A DNA stretch of 64,000 nt from Candidatus Mediterraneibacter quadrami (lineage in GTDB: Bacteria > Bacillota > Clostridia > Lachnospirales > Lachnospiraceae). Under the pieces are notes generated by a model that was not told the origin of the DNA, made no database searches, and worked only from the letters and a program-made list of their open reading frames with translations. Numbering within the stretch: the stretch's first letter is position 1; the number at the start of each line of letters is the position of its first letter. The DNA is taken from positions 11,877 to 75,876 of the forward strand of contig DWUU01000035.1 of the NCBI GenBank assembly GCA_019120575.1, given 5' to 3'. Of the stretch, positions 47,398 through 56,323 are shown piece after piece. Made by a program: the position numbers and the translations under genes.

Positions 47398-47931
47398 TTA
47401 CTGAGCGGTATACTCCCGGGATGCGATTTCGGTTCCGTCGGCCGTGACATATCGCAGAACCACGACCGGATCGGTCACATCGACGGCGTCGGAGAGTCCG
47501 GATGCGACGGATTCCAGGCCGGAGGCCATGCCGTCAAACCCGCTGTCTATTTCCTCCGGGTGTTTTGTCATCTGTTTCGCCAGAGAGCTGTCTTCTACAA
47601 TGATGCTGTAGATCAGCTTATTGTCTTCGCCGAGAATTTCCATGGACATTCCCGAGTCTTCCGGGAGCGCCGACCGGACCGGATCCGTCAGTTCCTCCTT
47701 CACGGACGGGGCGTCGAGAAATTCCTGAACGGACGCATATTTTTCCATCAGTGCAGCGTCGGCGGTCCCGTCGTCACCGGTATGGTCAGCCGCTTCAGAA
47801 GCGTCCTGTGATCCGGTCTGCGCCGCGGCGCCGGAAGTTTCTTTATCATCTGAACCTCCGCAGGCTGCAAGGGCAAACGCGGCGGTCACAGCACATGCAG
47901 TTAAGCGTATTTTTCGCATTCGGTTTTTCAT
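47398..47931 (-). CDS. lipoprotein (DUF4854-like)
   Basis: Lipobox LAAC after a basic/hydrophobic leader; acidic linker. The DUF4854 resemblance is recalled, not searched. Confidence 0.8.
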   Translation of the reverse strand: MKNRMRKIRLTACAVTAAFALAACGGSDDKETSGAAAQTGSQDASEAADHTGDDGTADAALMEKYASVQEFLDAPSVKEELTDPVRSALPEDSGMSMEILGEDNKLIYSIIVEDSSLAKQMTKHPEEIDSGFDGMASGLESVASGLSDAVDVTDPVVVLRYVTADGTEIASREYTAQ

Positions 47932-48028
47932 AAGTCGTCCTCCTGTGTAAGATCTGATGTGTCCATTATATCGGATGAAGCGGGCTCTAGCAAGGCCGGA
48001 TTTTCATGCGGGCCGCCCGAATGTCAAA

Positions 48029-48076
48029 AATCAACTTCATGTGTCATAAAATTCAGTAAAATACTATATTTTGTGG
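48029..48076. promoter_or_regulatory. tandem NrdR boxes upstream of nrdJ
   Basis: ataCtAtATtTtGtgg (48061-48076) fits acaCwAtATaTwGtg; weaker aatCaActTcatGtgt lies 32 bp upstream (48029-48044). Confidence 0.7.
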
Positions 48077-48237
48077 TAGGAACGAGTATTTTTTATTTGT
48101 CAAGGCTTGATATTTATTTTTTCTGATGATAACATTTACAGTGCCACGTTCCGCCGGGTACAGAGCGAACATCCATGATCCGGATACGGTATCCGCGGAG
48201 AAAACAGAAAGTAAGAGATAAAAAGAGGTACAGGAGA

Positions 48238-50532
48238 ATGACGGTAGAAGAATGGCTCGGTAAAGAGAATCAGCTTGGGACAGATATCTGGACCAAAAAG
48301 TACTGCAGTGAGGGGGAGAATTTTGATCAGTGGCTGGATCGCATCAGCGGGGGAAACAGGGAGATCGCTGAATATATCCGGCAGAAGAAGTTCCTGTTCG
48401 GGGGGAGGATCCTCTCCAACAGAGGACTGGATGAGAAGGGGAGAAAGGTTACTTATTCAAACTGCTACGTGATCGAACCGCCGGAGGACAATATTGAAAG
48501 CATTTTCGACTGCGCGAAGAAGCTTGCCCGCACGTACAGCTACGGCGGCGGCTGCGGCGTGGATATTTCCAATCTGAGCCCCCGCGGCGCGAAGATCAAC
48601 AATGCGGCCAAGGAGACCAGCGGCTCCGTTTCATTTATGGAGCTGTATTCGCTGGTGACGGCGCTGATCGGCCAGAACGGCCGTCGCGGCGCGCTGATGA
48701 TCTCCATCGACTGCTCCCATCCGGATGTGGAAGAGTTCATCGACCTGAAGACGGATCTGGAGAAAGTGACCAAGGCGAATATTTCGGTCCGCATCCACGA
48801 AGATTTCATGGAAGCGGTGAAGAACAATGAAGACTATACGCTCCGGTATACGAGAGAGGCCACCGGGGAAGTGATCGAGAAGACGGTCAACGCCAGGGCC
48901 CTGTTCCACCGGATCGCCGAGACGAACTGGGACTATGCGGAGCCGGGCGCTCTTTTCTGGGACCGGATCGAGGGCTGGAACCTGCTGAGCAATACGGCGG
49001 AGTTCTCCTATGCCGGCGTGAATCCGTGTGCGGAGGAGCCTCTGCCGGCGGGTGGCAGCTGTCTGCTCGGAAGCATCAACCTTTCCGAGTTTGTGCAGAA
49101 TCCGTTTACAGACCACGCACAGTTTGATTTTGAGGGCCTGAAGCACTGCGTGGAAGTGTCTGTCGGCGCGCTCAATGAAGTGCTGGAGGAGGGACTCCCG
49201 CTTCATCCGCTGAAAGAACAGCAGGAGAGCGTGGGCCAGTGGCGCCAGATCGGCCTGGGCATCATGGGCCTTGCGGACTGCCTGATCAAACTGGGCCTGA
49301 CCTACGGGGAAGAGGACGCAATTGAAATGTGCGACAACATCGGATTCGCCATGGCGGATTCCGCCATCGCCGCATCCGCAATGCTTGCAAAAGAAAAGGG
49401 CGCGTTTGAAAAATGCAATATCGACGAGATCATGTCCACGCCGTATTTTGAGGCGAACACGTCGGAGAAGACAAGGGAACTGGTGCGCAAGTACGGGCTT
49501 CGCAACTCCCAGCTCCTGACCATCGCCCCGACGGGAACCCTTTCCACCATGCTCGGCATCTCCGGCGGGATCGAACCGGTGTATGCGAACTACTACGAGC
49601 GGAAGACCGAGTCCCTGCACGGAACGGACGTTTACTACAAAGTATACACGAAGATTGTGGAATCCTATATGAAGCAGCACGGGCTGAGAAGCGATTCCGA
49701 ACTGCCGGATTATTTCGTGACGGCCATGACGCTGGGTTACCGCCAGCGGATTGACATGCAGTCCGTATGGCAGACCCACATCGACGCGTCCATCAGCTCC
49801 ACGGTCAACGTCCCGAACCGATTCACGGTGGAGGAGACGGAGAGCCTCTACATGTACGCCTATGAGAAGGGCCTGAAGGGGATTACCATTTTCCGCGACG
49901 GCTGCAAGCGGATCGGCATCCTCAACACCAGCGAGAAGAAAGAAAAAGAGAAGGACAAGGTGCTGGCGGGCGAGGGCCTGAAGCGCGGTGAGATCCTGCT
50001 CGTGACGGACGACGTCGTAGGAAAGAAGAGGAAGCTGACGACCGGCTGCGGAAGCCTGCACTGTATTGCCCTTTTCGACCCGCACACCGGCGCGCTCCTT
50101 GAGACATATCTGAGCAAGGGCTCCACCGGCGGATGCAACAACTTCATGGTCGGCCTGTCCCGTATGATCTCCATCAGCGCCCGCGGCGGCATTGATATCG
50201 AGACGATCGTGGACCAGCTCAATTCCAGCGGATCCTGCCCGTCCTACACGGCGAGACGGGTGTCCAGAAAGGATACGAGCAAGGGCGCGTGCTGCCCGAT
50301 GGCGGTCGGAAACGCGCTGCTGGATATGTATAATGAGATGCAGACGGAGCTGGTGCAGCGAAAGGGAAATGCGAAGGCAAAGACCGTCCGCACGGACAAG
50401 GCGCCGAAGCCGAAGGCGGTGAGCGCGGAGGCGTCTACGGACAAGATGTACTGTCCGGAGTGCGGCGAGCCGCTTGTCTTTGAAGAGGGCTGCAATATCT
50501 GTAAATGCTGCGGATGGAGCAAGTGCCATTAA
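48238..50532 (+). CDS. nrdJ: class II (adenosylcobalamin-dependent) ribonucleotide reductase with C-terminal TSCPD/Zn-ribbon
   Basis: SNC, GGGCG, GRRGALM, NPCAE, CLLGSIN, TIAPTGTLS, KGITIFRDG, C-terminal CPECG...C..CGWSKC. No NrdB nearby. RBS aggaga before ATG 48238. Confidence 0.93.
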   Translation: MTVEEWLGKENQLGTDIWTKKYCSEGENFDQWLDRISGGNREIAEYIRQKKFLFGGRILSNRGLDEKGRKVTYSNCYVIEPPEDNIESIFDCAKKLARTYSYGGGCGVDISNLSPRGAKINNAAKETSGSVSFMELYSLVTALIGQNGRRGALMISIDCSHPDVEEFIDLKTDLEKVTKANISVRIHEDFMEAVKNNEDYTLRYTREATGEVIEKTVNARALFHRIAETNWDYAEPGALFWDRIEGWNLLSNTAEFSYAGVNPCAEEPLPAGGSCLLGSINLSEFVQNPFTDHAQFDFEGLKHCVEVSVGALNEVLEEGLPLHPLKEQQESVGQWRQIGLGIMGLADCLIKLGLTYGEEDAIEMCDNIGFAMADSAIAASAMLAKEKGAFEKCNIDEIMSTPYFEANTSEKTRELVRKYGLRNSQLLTIAPTGTLSTMLGISGGIEPVYANYYERKTESLHGTDVYYKVYTKIVESYMKQHGLRSDSELPDYFVTAMTLGYRQRIDMQSVWQTHIDASISSTVNVPNRFTVEETESLYMYAYEKGLKGITIFRDGCKRIGILNTSEKKEKEKDKVLAGEGLKRGEILLVTDDVVGKKRKLTTGCGSLHCIALFDPHTGALLETYLSKGSTGGCNNFMVGLSRMISISARGGIDIETIVDQLNSSGSCPSYTARRVSRKDTSKGACCPMAVGNALLDMYNEMQTELVQRKGNAKAKTVRTDKAPKPKAVSAEASTDKMYCPECGEPLVFEEGCNICKCCGWSKCH

Positions 50533-50562
50533 TGAAAAAACAGAATAATACGCAATAAAAGG

Positions 50563-50602
50563 AAATGCCATGCCGGCGCGGTGACGCCCGGTGTGGCATT
50601 TT
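50563..50602 (+). terminator. terminator after nrdJ
   Basis: AAATGCCATGCCGG...CCGGTGTGGCATTTT. Confidence 0.75.
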
Positions 50603-50628
50603 CTGTATAATCGGCCGGTTTTCTGATC

Positions 50629-50994
50629 ATGGGCGCGACAGTGGATATAGAGCATTCCTTCGCGGTGGACATCGACGAGCGGGGGCCGTACCGGGCTTAT
50701 TCCTCGCCGGGCGCGAAACGGCGGTATCAGTATGCCGTGCTGGTGACAATGGCGGTGGGAATCAACTTCCTGTATTCGGAATACAGCGGGCTTCAGCATA
50801 TTCGCTCAGAATATGAATCGTCGCTGCCCGCGCAGGCGGAGCGTGCGGTGGGCGACCGGTGGTATGCGGGCGCAGAGACGGATCCGCACCGGTACCGGAT
50901 CCGTGCGCCGGACGGAGCGGAGCAGGCGGCGGAAGGGGAACTGAGGTATATTTACAGATATTTTCTGTGGGCGGAAGACGTGGAAGCGGAATAA
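50629..50994 (+). CDS. hypothetical protein or gene remnant
   Basis: GC3-rich codon pattern like host genes, but no RBS and no recognisable motif. Confidence 0.4.
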   Translation: MGATVDIEHSFAVDIDERGPYRAYSSPGAKRRYQYAVLVTMAVGINFLYSEYSGLQHIRSEYESSLPAQAERAVGDRWYAGAETDPHRYRIRAPDGAEQAAEGELRYIYRYFLWAEDVEAE

Positions 50995-51090
50995 ACTGTT
51001 TGACGGGGCAGGCGAAAATCCGTATAATGTGACAGAGACGGCCGGATGCCTGAATGATCTTTTACTAAATTACCGGCCGGGAAAGAGGAA

Positions 51091-51729
51091 ATGAGCATGC
51101 CAAGAGGTTCGGAAGAATTGACCAATGCCAGAAAGGAAGAGATTATCAACGCCTGCGCGTCGCTCTATGAGCATATGGGGTTTAGAGATATTTCCATCCG
51201 GGATATCGGAGCGGAAACATCGTTTACGCGCACCTCGATCTACAACTATTTTCAGACGAAGGAAGAGATCTTCCTGGCGCTGCTCCAGCGGGAGTATGAG
51301 ATCTGGTTCCATGATCTTGAATTGATCCTGCATCACGACGGGAAGATTTCGGTCGGGGAGTTTGCAGACCGGCTGGCGCATACGCTGGAGAAACGGGAAT
51401 GTATGCTGAAGCTGATGTCCATGAACCTCTACGACATGGAAGGAAACAGCCGGATGGACAATCTGGTGTCGTTTAAAAGGGTGTATGCCGATGCGTTCCG
51501 CACGATGCGGCTCTGCATGGAAAAATATTTCCCGGAGATGGCGCCGGATGATGTAAACGGATTCCTGTATGCATTTTTCCCGTTTATGTTCGGCGTGTAT
51601 CCGTATACGAAGGCAACAGAGAAGCAGCTGGAGGCGATGGAAATCGCACAGGTGGACAATCCGCGGTATACGATATACGGGATTACCCGTTCGTTCGTGG
51701 AGAAGATGCTTGGATTTATGAACCGGTGA
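51091..51729 (+). CDS. TetR/AcrR-family transcriptional regulator
   Basis: RKEEIINACASLY...GF..ISIRDIG.....TRTSIYNYFQTKEEIF. Confidence 0.92.
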   Translation: MSMPRGSEELTNARKEEIINACASLYEHMGFRDISIRDIGAETSFTRTSIYNYFQTKEEIFLALLQREYEIWFHDLELILHHDGKISVGEFADRLAHTLEKRECMLKLMSMNLYDMEGNSRMDNLVSFKRVYADAFRTMRLCMEKYFPEMAPDDVNGFLYAFFPFMFGVYPYTKATEKQLEAMEIAQVDNPRYTIYGITRSFVEKMLGFMNR

Positions 51730-51765
51730 AACCGGCAGCGGGTTAATCCCCCTGCCGGTTTTTTG
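51730..51765. terminator. bidirectional terminator between the TetR and MATE genes
   Basis: AACCGGCAG.GGG-ttaat-CCCCCTGCCGGTTTTTT. Confidence 0.75.
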
Positions 51766-53098
51766 CGCCTCTGAAAATGTAATATCCGATAAACGCCAGC
51801 GCGGTGGCCATCCAGGTCACCGGATAGCTCAGGATGATGGCGTGGATCGTCGGGGAGAACTTCAGCACGCCGGCCAGCCAGACGATCCGCAGGACGCATA
51901 CGCCAAGCAGGGTGATGACGACCGGGACGATCACATTTCCCCGTCCTCTTAAGGAACCGCCCAGGATCTCAATGAACACATAGACGATGTACCAGGGCGT
52001 GATGTAAAGCAGCATATCGCACCCGATGGAAAGGACGTCCGCGTCTGATGTGAACAGACGGAAGAGGAGCTCCCGCGCAAGGATGAGAAACGAGGCGAGT
52101 ACAAAGGAGACCGCCAGATCCATGATCAGACAGACCCGGGTGCTTCTGCGGACCCGGTCCATACGGCCGGCTCCGTAATTCTGCCCCACAAAGGTGGTGA
52201 TAGAGATGCCGAATGCCGTGCTCACCATCCAGAAGATGGCGTCCAGCTTGCCGTAGGCGGACCAGGCGGCCGTGGTGTCCGTGCCGAAGGTGTTGATGGC
52301 GGCCTGAATGGCGATGTTCGTGATGGCGAACAGGATGGATTCGAAGCCGGTCGGCAGCCCCAGTTTCAGCTGGGTTTTCAGAATGGCGCCGTGGAAACGG
52401 ATCTTCTGAAGCGACAGGTGCAGGATCCCGCCGGAGTGCATGAGCCGCCAGGTGACGAGGAAAGCGCTCACGGCCTGGGCGATCAGGGTGGCGATGGCCA
52501 CGCCGGCTACGCCCAGCCCGAAGACCAGGACGAATACGGTGTCCAGGACGATGTTGACCACGCAGCAGATGATCAGGATATAAAGCGGGCTTCTGGAGTC
52601 CCCGGTGGCGCGCAGGACGGCCGAACCCATATTGTAGACAAGGACGAACAGGATCCCGGCAAAATAGATCCGGAGATAAGTGAGGGACCCGCTCATGATA
52701 TCCGCCGGCGTGTTCATCAGTCTCAGCATGAACGGCGCGGTGAGGATGCCGGCCAGGGTGAGGACGATGCCGCCGGCCGCGGCTATGGCAAAGGCCGTGT
52801 GAAGGCCGTCATTGGCCGTCTGCTTTTTCCCCGCCCCGACAAACTGGGCGATGGTCACAGCCGCGCCGGAGGAAAGCCCGGTGAAGAAGCCGACCACCAG
52901 GTTGACGATCTGGGCGGAGGAGCCGCCCACGCTGGCGAGGGCCTCCTTGCCGACGAACTGGCCTACGATCACACTGTCGATCGTATTATATAACTGCTGA
53001 AAAAATGTTCCCAGAAGGATCGGGAAGAAGAACAGAAGGAGCTGCTTCCAGATAATGCCTTCCGTAATCTCATTTTTTGTCTGACGTATCGTTTCCAT
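51743..53098 (-). CDS. MATE family efflux transporter
   Basis: ITEG.IWKQLLLFFFPILLG..FQQLYNTIDS.IVG.FVGKEALA; LRATGDSRSPL. Confidence 0.95.
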   Translation of the reverse strand: METIRQTKNEITEGIIWKQLLLFFFPILLGTFFQQLYNTIDSVIVGQFVGKEALASVGGSSAQIVNLVVGFFTGLSSGAAVTIAQFVGAGKKQTANDGLHTAFAIAAAGGIVLTLAGILTAPFMLRLMNTPADIMSGSLTYLRIYFAGILFVLVYNMGSAVLRATGDSRSPLYILIICCVVNIVLDTVFVLVFGLGVAGVAIATLIAQAVSAFLVTWRLMHSGGILHLSLQKIRFHGAILKTQLKLGLPTGFESILFAITNIAIQAAINTFGTDTTAAWSAYGKLDAIFWMVSTAFGISITTFVGQNYGAGRMDRVRRSTRVCLIMDLAVSFVLASFLILARELLFRLFTSDADVLSIGCDMLLYITPWYIVYVFIEILGGSLRGRGNVIVPVVITLLGVCVLRIVWLAGVLKFSPTIHAIILSYPVTWMATALAFIGYYIFRGAKNRQGD

Positions 53099-53184
53099 AT
53101 GAATAATCTCCGTATTTTCAAGTGATTTGTCTGGCAGTATGTATTATACGCCGCCCCGGAAAAAAGAACAAGAATTTCCAGAAA

Positions 53185-53198
53185 AGAACACTTGTTCG
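53185..53198. promoter_or_regulatory. LexA (Cheo/SOS) box
   Basis: AGAAC-ACTT-GTTCG matches the Firmicute consensus CGAAC-N4-GTTCG, upstream of a Y-family polymerase. Confidence 0.85.
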
Positions 53199-53262
53199 AT
53201 TTTTAAAAATGTGTTATCCTTTATCTGAAAGACGAAGCATGTCAGAGAAAGGAGCGGGGCGG

Positions 53263-54792
53263 ATGCAGGAGAGAACCTATATCGCGATTGACCTGAAATC
53301 ATTTTATGCGTCGGTGGAATGTATGGACCGGGGGCTGGATCCCATGACCACCAATCTGGTCGTGGCGGACGCAAGCCGTACGGAGAAGACCATCTGTCTG
53401 GCGGTATCCCCGTCCCTCAAGGCGTACGGGATCTCCGGGCGGGCGCGGCTCTTTGAAGTGGTGCAGAAGGTGCGGGAGGTGAACGCCCTGCGGCAGCAGA
53501 AGGCGCCCGGACGCCGGTTTGCCGGTTCGTCCTTCCGGGATCCGGAACTCCGGGCCGATCCGGCGCTTGCCCTTGACTATGTGACCGCCCCGCCGCAGAT
53601 GGCGCGCTACATGGAGGTCAGCGGCAGGATCTATGAGGTCTATCTGAAGTACATCGCGCCGGAGGATATGCATGTCTATTCCATTGACGAGGTGTTCATT
53701 GACGCCACGTCCTATCTCAGGACGTATGGGATGAGCGCCCGGGAGCTGACCCGGACGATGATTCTGGATGTGCTGAAGACGACCGGGATCACGGCCACGG
53801 CCGGGATCGGCACGAATCTCTATATCTGCAAGGTGGCGATGGATATTGAGGCGAAGCATATCCCGGCGGATGAGAACGGGGTGCGCATCGCGGAGCTGGA
53901 CGAGGAATCCTACCGGAGATCCCTGTGGGATCACCGTCCGATCACGGACTTCTGGCGGGTAGGCCGGGGCTATGCCGGAAAACTGGAGGAGCGGGGGCTG
54001 TACACGATGGGGGATATTGCCCGCTGCTCGCTCGGAGGGCCTTCAGACTACTACAACGAAGATCTTCTCTATCAGATGTTCGGCGTCAATGCGGAACTGC
54101 TGATCGACCATGCCTGGGGCTGGGAGCCCTGTACGATGGCGGATATCAAGTCCTACAGGCCCCGGAGCAGCAGCGTGGGTTCCGGCCAGGTGCTCCACTG
54201 TCCCTATCCGTTTGAAAAGGCGAAGATTGTCGCGCGGGAGATGGCGGACCAGCTGGCCCTTGATCTGGCGGAGAAGGGGCTGGCGGCGGATCAGGTCGTC
54301 CTGACCGTCGGGTATGACATTGACAACCTTCGGGACAGCCGCCGGCGGAAAGAATACCGCGGAGAAGTGAAGACTGACCGTTACGGGCGGAAAGTCCCGA
54401 AGCACGCGCACGGAACGGTGAATCTGGGGCAGTACACTTCATCCGCAAGACAGATCACAGGGGCGGTTTCAGACCTGTTTGAGCGGATCGTGGATCCGAA
54501 GCTCCTCATACGGCGCATCACCCTGTCCGCGGAGCATGTGATCCCGCAAAATGAAGCGAAAGAGCGGGAAGTGTGCGGGTTTGAACAGATGAACCTTTTT
54601 ACAGACTATGGGGCCCTTCAGAAAGAGCAGGAGCAGAAGAAGGCGGAGGAAGAGCGGGAGCGCAGGATGCAGCAGGCCGTCCTGGAGATTAAGAGAAAAT
54701 TCGGGAAGAACGCCCTGCTGCGCGGCATGAATCTACAGGAGGGCGCAACGGCAAGGGACCGCAACAGCCAGATCGGAGGCCACAGGGCATGA
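53263..54792 (+). CDS. Y-family translesion DNA polymerase (UmuC/UvrX/PolY2-like)
   Basis: IAIDLKSFYASVE, YSIDE, ATAGIGTNL, WRVG.G. Start taken at ATG 53263; ORF track starts at 53122. Confidence 0.93.
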   Translation: MQERTYIAIDLKSFYASVECMDRGLDPMTTNLVVADASRTEKTICLAVSPSLKAYGISGRARLFEVVQKVREVNALRQQKAPGRRFAGSSFRDPELRADPALALDYVTAPPQMARYMEVSGRIYEVYLKYIAPEDMHVYSIDEVFIDATSYLRTYGMSARELTRTMILDVLKTTGITATAGIGTNLYICKVAMDIEAKHIPADENGVRIAELDEESYRRSLWDHRPITDFWRVGRGYAGKLEERGLYTMGDIARCSLGGPSDYYNEDLLYQMFGVNAELLIDHAWGWEPCTMADIKSYRPRSSSVGSGQVLHCPYPFEKAKIVAREMADQLALDLAEKGLAADQVVLTVGYDIDNLRDSRRRKEYRGEVKTDRYGRKVPKHAHGTVNLGQYTSSARQITGAVSDLFERIVDPKLLIRRITLSAEHVIPQNEAKEREVCGFEQMNLFTDYGALQKEQEQKKAEEERERRMQQAVLEIKRKFGKNALLRGMNLQEGATARDRNSQIGGHRA

Positions 54793-55214
54793 ATATACAG
54801 GACTATTCTGCAAATGCATATGAGGATATCATTCATTTTCCGCATCACAGCTCACCGAACCGCCCGCACATGCCGGCTTCCGACCGGGCGGCGCAGTTCG
54901 CCCCGTTCGCTGCACTGACCGGATACGGGGAAGTGATAAAGGAGACGGCGAGACGGACAGATGCGGCGCCGGAGCTGACGGAGGACGAGCGGGAGCGGCT
55001 GGATCAAAAGCTGCGGAGCCTTCTGAATATGCCCGGCGGCCCGCCGGAACTGCTGATCACCTATTTCGTGCCGGATGAGAGAAAAACGGGCGGAGAATAC
55101 CGCAGGACAGCCGGACGGATCCGGCGGATCGAGGAGGCGGACGGCGACATCCTGATGACAGACGGGATAAGGATCCGCAAAGACTTTGTGGTTGATATTG
55201 ACAAGAAGCCCTAG
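54789..55214 (+). CDS. YolD-like accessory protein
   Basis: YEDII..PH....RPHM...DRAAQFAPFAALTGY; ATGA-coupled to the Y-family polymerase. Confidence 0.88.
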   Translation: MNIQDYSANAYEDIIHFPHHSSPNRPHMPASDRAAQFAPFAALTGYGEVIKETARRTDAAPELTEDERERLDQKLRSLLNMPGGPPELLITYFVPDERKTGGEYRRTAGRIRRIEEADGDILMTDGIRIRKDFVVDIDKKP

Positions 55215-55270
55215 AACAGCTATCATTTTATCCGTACGCTGATGATAATATTTCCGACAGGAGATCAAGA

Positions 55271-55843
55271 ATGACTTATACAGATAAGAAAAATAATCCA
55301 CAGAATAAAATACTGACGATCCCGAACCTGCTTTCGTTCTTCCGGCTCTGCCTCATTCCGGTATTCATGTGGCTCTACTGCGTGGAAGAAAATTTTCTGT
55401 GGACCGGGATCCTGCTGGTTGTATCCGGCGTGACGGATACAGTGGACGGTTTTGTCGCCCGGCATTTTAACATGATCAGCGACCTCGGGAAAGTGCTGGA
55501 TCCCATCGCGGACAAGCTGACCCAGGCGGCCATGCTGTTCTGCCTGCTGACCCGTTTCCCGCTGATGATCGTGCCGCTGGGCCTGATGGTGTTCAAAGAA
55601 TTCTTCATGGGCGTGACCGGATTCCTTGTGATCCAGAAGACCGGCAAAGTATTCGGGGCGGACTGGCACGGCAAGGTGAACACCTGGCTTCTGTACGCTA
55701 TGATGATCCTGCATGTGTTCTGGTATAACATCCCGGACGCCGTGTCCAAAGCACTGATCGCGGTATGTGTGATCATGATGCTGATCTCGCTCGTGCTCTA
55801 TGCGCGCCATAATATGAAAGCGTTAAGAGACGGAGAGTTGTAA
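55271..55843 (+). CDS. CDP-alcohol phosphatidyltransferase (PgsA-like)
   Basis: TIPNLLSFFR; D..DG..AR.....S.LG..LDPIADK signature. Confidence 0.93.
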   Translation: MTYTDKKNNPQNKILTIPNLLSFFRLCLIPVFMWLYCVEENFLWTGILLVVSGVTDTVDGFVARHFNMISDLGKVLDPIADKLTQAAMLFCLLTRFPLMIVPLGLMVFKEFFMGVTGFLVIQKTGKVFGADWHGKVNTWLLYAMMILHVFWYNIPDAVSKALIAVCVIMMLISLVLYARHNMKALRDGEL

Positions 55844-55929
55844 AAAGATACTGATTAGAAACTAAAATGAGAATGGATATCAAAAAAGTACTTGATATCT
55901 GTTCTCTTTTTTTGTATGATAATAATATG

Positions 55930-55947
55930 AGTTAGATACAACTAACC
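55930..55947. promoter_or_regulatory. third putative DtxR/MntR box, upstream of the DUF2325 gene
   Basis: GTTAG-ATAC-AACTAAC just downstream of TTGATA(55892)-17-TATGAT. Confidence 0.6.
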
Positions 55948-55983
55948 AAAACGGATCAAAAATTACTTATCAGGAGGTTTCAT

Positions 55984-56265
55984 ATGAGTATTGTTATCAT
56001 TGGCGGTCATGACAGAATGGTATGTCAGTATAAGAAAGTCTGTAAACAGTTCAACTGCAAGGCAAAAGTATTCACCCAGATGTCCGGGTCACTGGGGAAG
56101 CAGATCGGAAGTCCGGATCTGATCGTGCTGTTTACAAACACCGTGTCCCATAAAATGGTGAAATGCGCGGTAGAAGAGGCGGGGCGGTGCAACGCCTGTG
56201 TGGTCAGGAGCCATACGAGCAGCAAAAACGCCCTGGAAGAGATTCTGGGGAATGTGTGCGCGTGA
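55984..56265 (+). CDS. DUF2325 family protein
   Basis: MSIVIIGGHDRM...YK..C....K.KVFT...PDLIVLFTNTVSHKM...HTSS. RBS aggagg. Confidence 0.88.
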   Translation: MSIVIIGGHDRMVCQYKKVCKQFNCKAKVFTQMSGSLGKQIGSPDLIVLFTNTVSHKMVKCAVEEAGRCNACVVRSHTSSKNALEEILGNVCA

Positions 56266-56286
56266 TTCCAGCCAAATATAATAATT

Positions 56287-56314
56287 TGAGCCGAACGGTT
56301 TCCTGTTCGGCTCA
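56287..56314. repeat. perfect hairpin related to the 21438/21491 elements; probably also a terminator
   Basis: TGAGCCGAAC-ggtttcct-GTTCGGCTCA. Confidence 0.7.
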
Positions 56315-56323
56315 TTTAAAAAA

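Noticed and set aside
48631-50799. 722-aa minus-strand ORF opposite nrdJ; similar ones opposite feoB, ppaC, ppk1 and the ABC permease
   Set aside because: Stop-poor antisense frames expected with high GC3; the sense genes carry all the family motifs.
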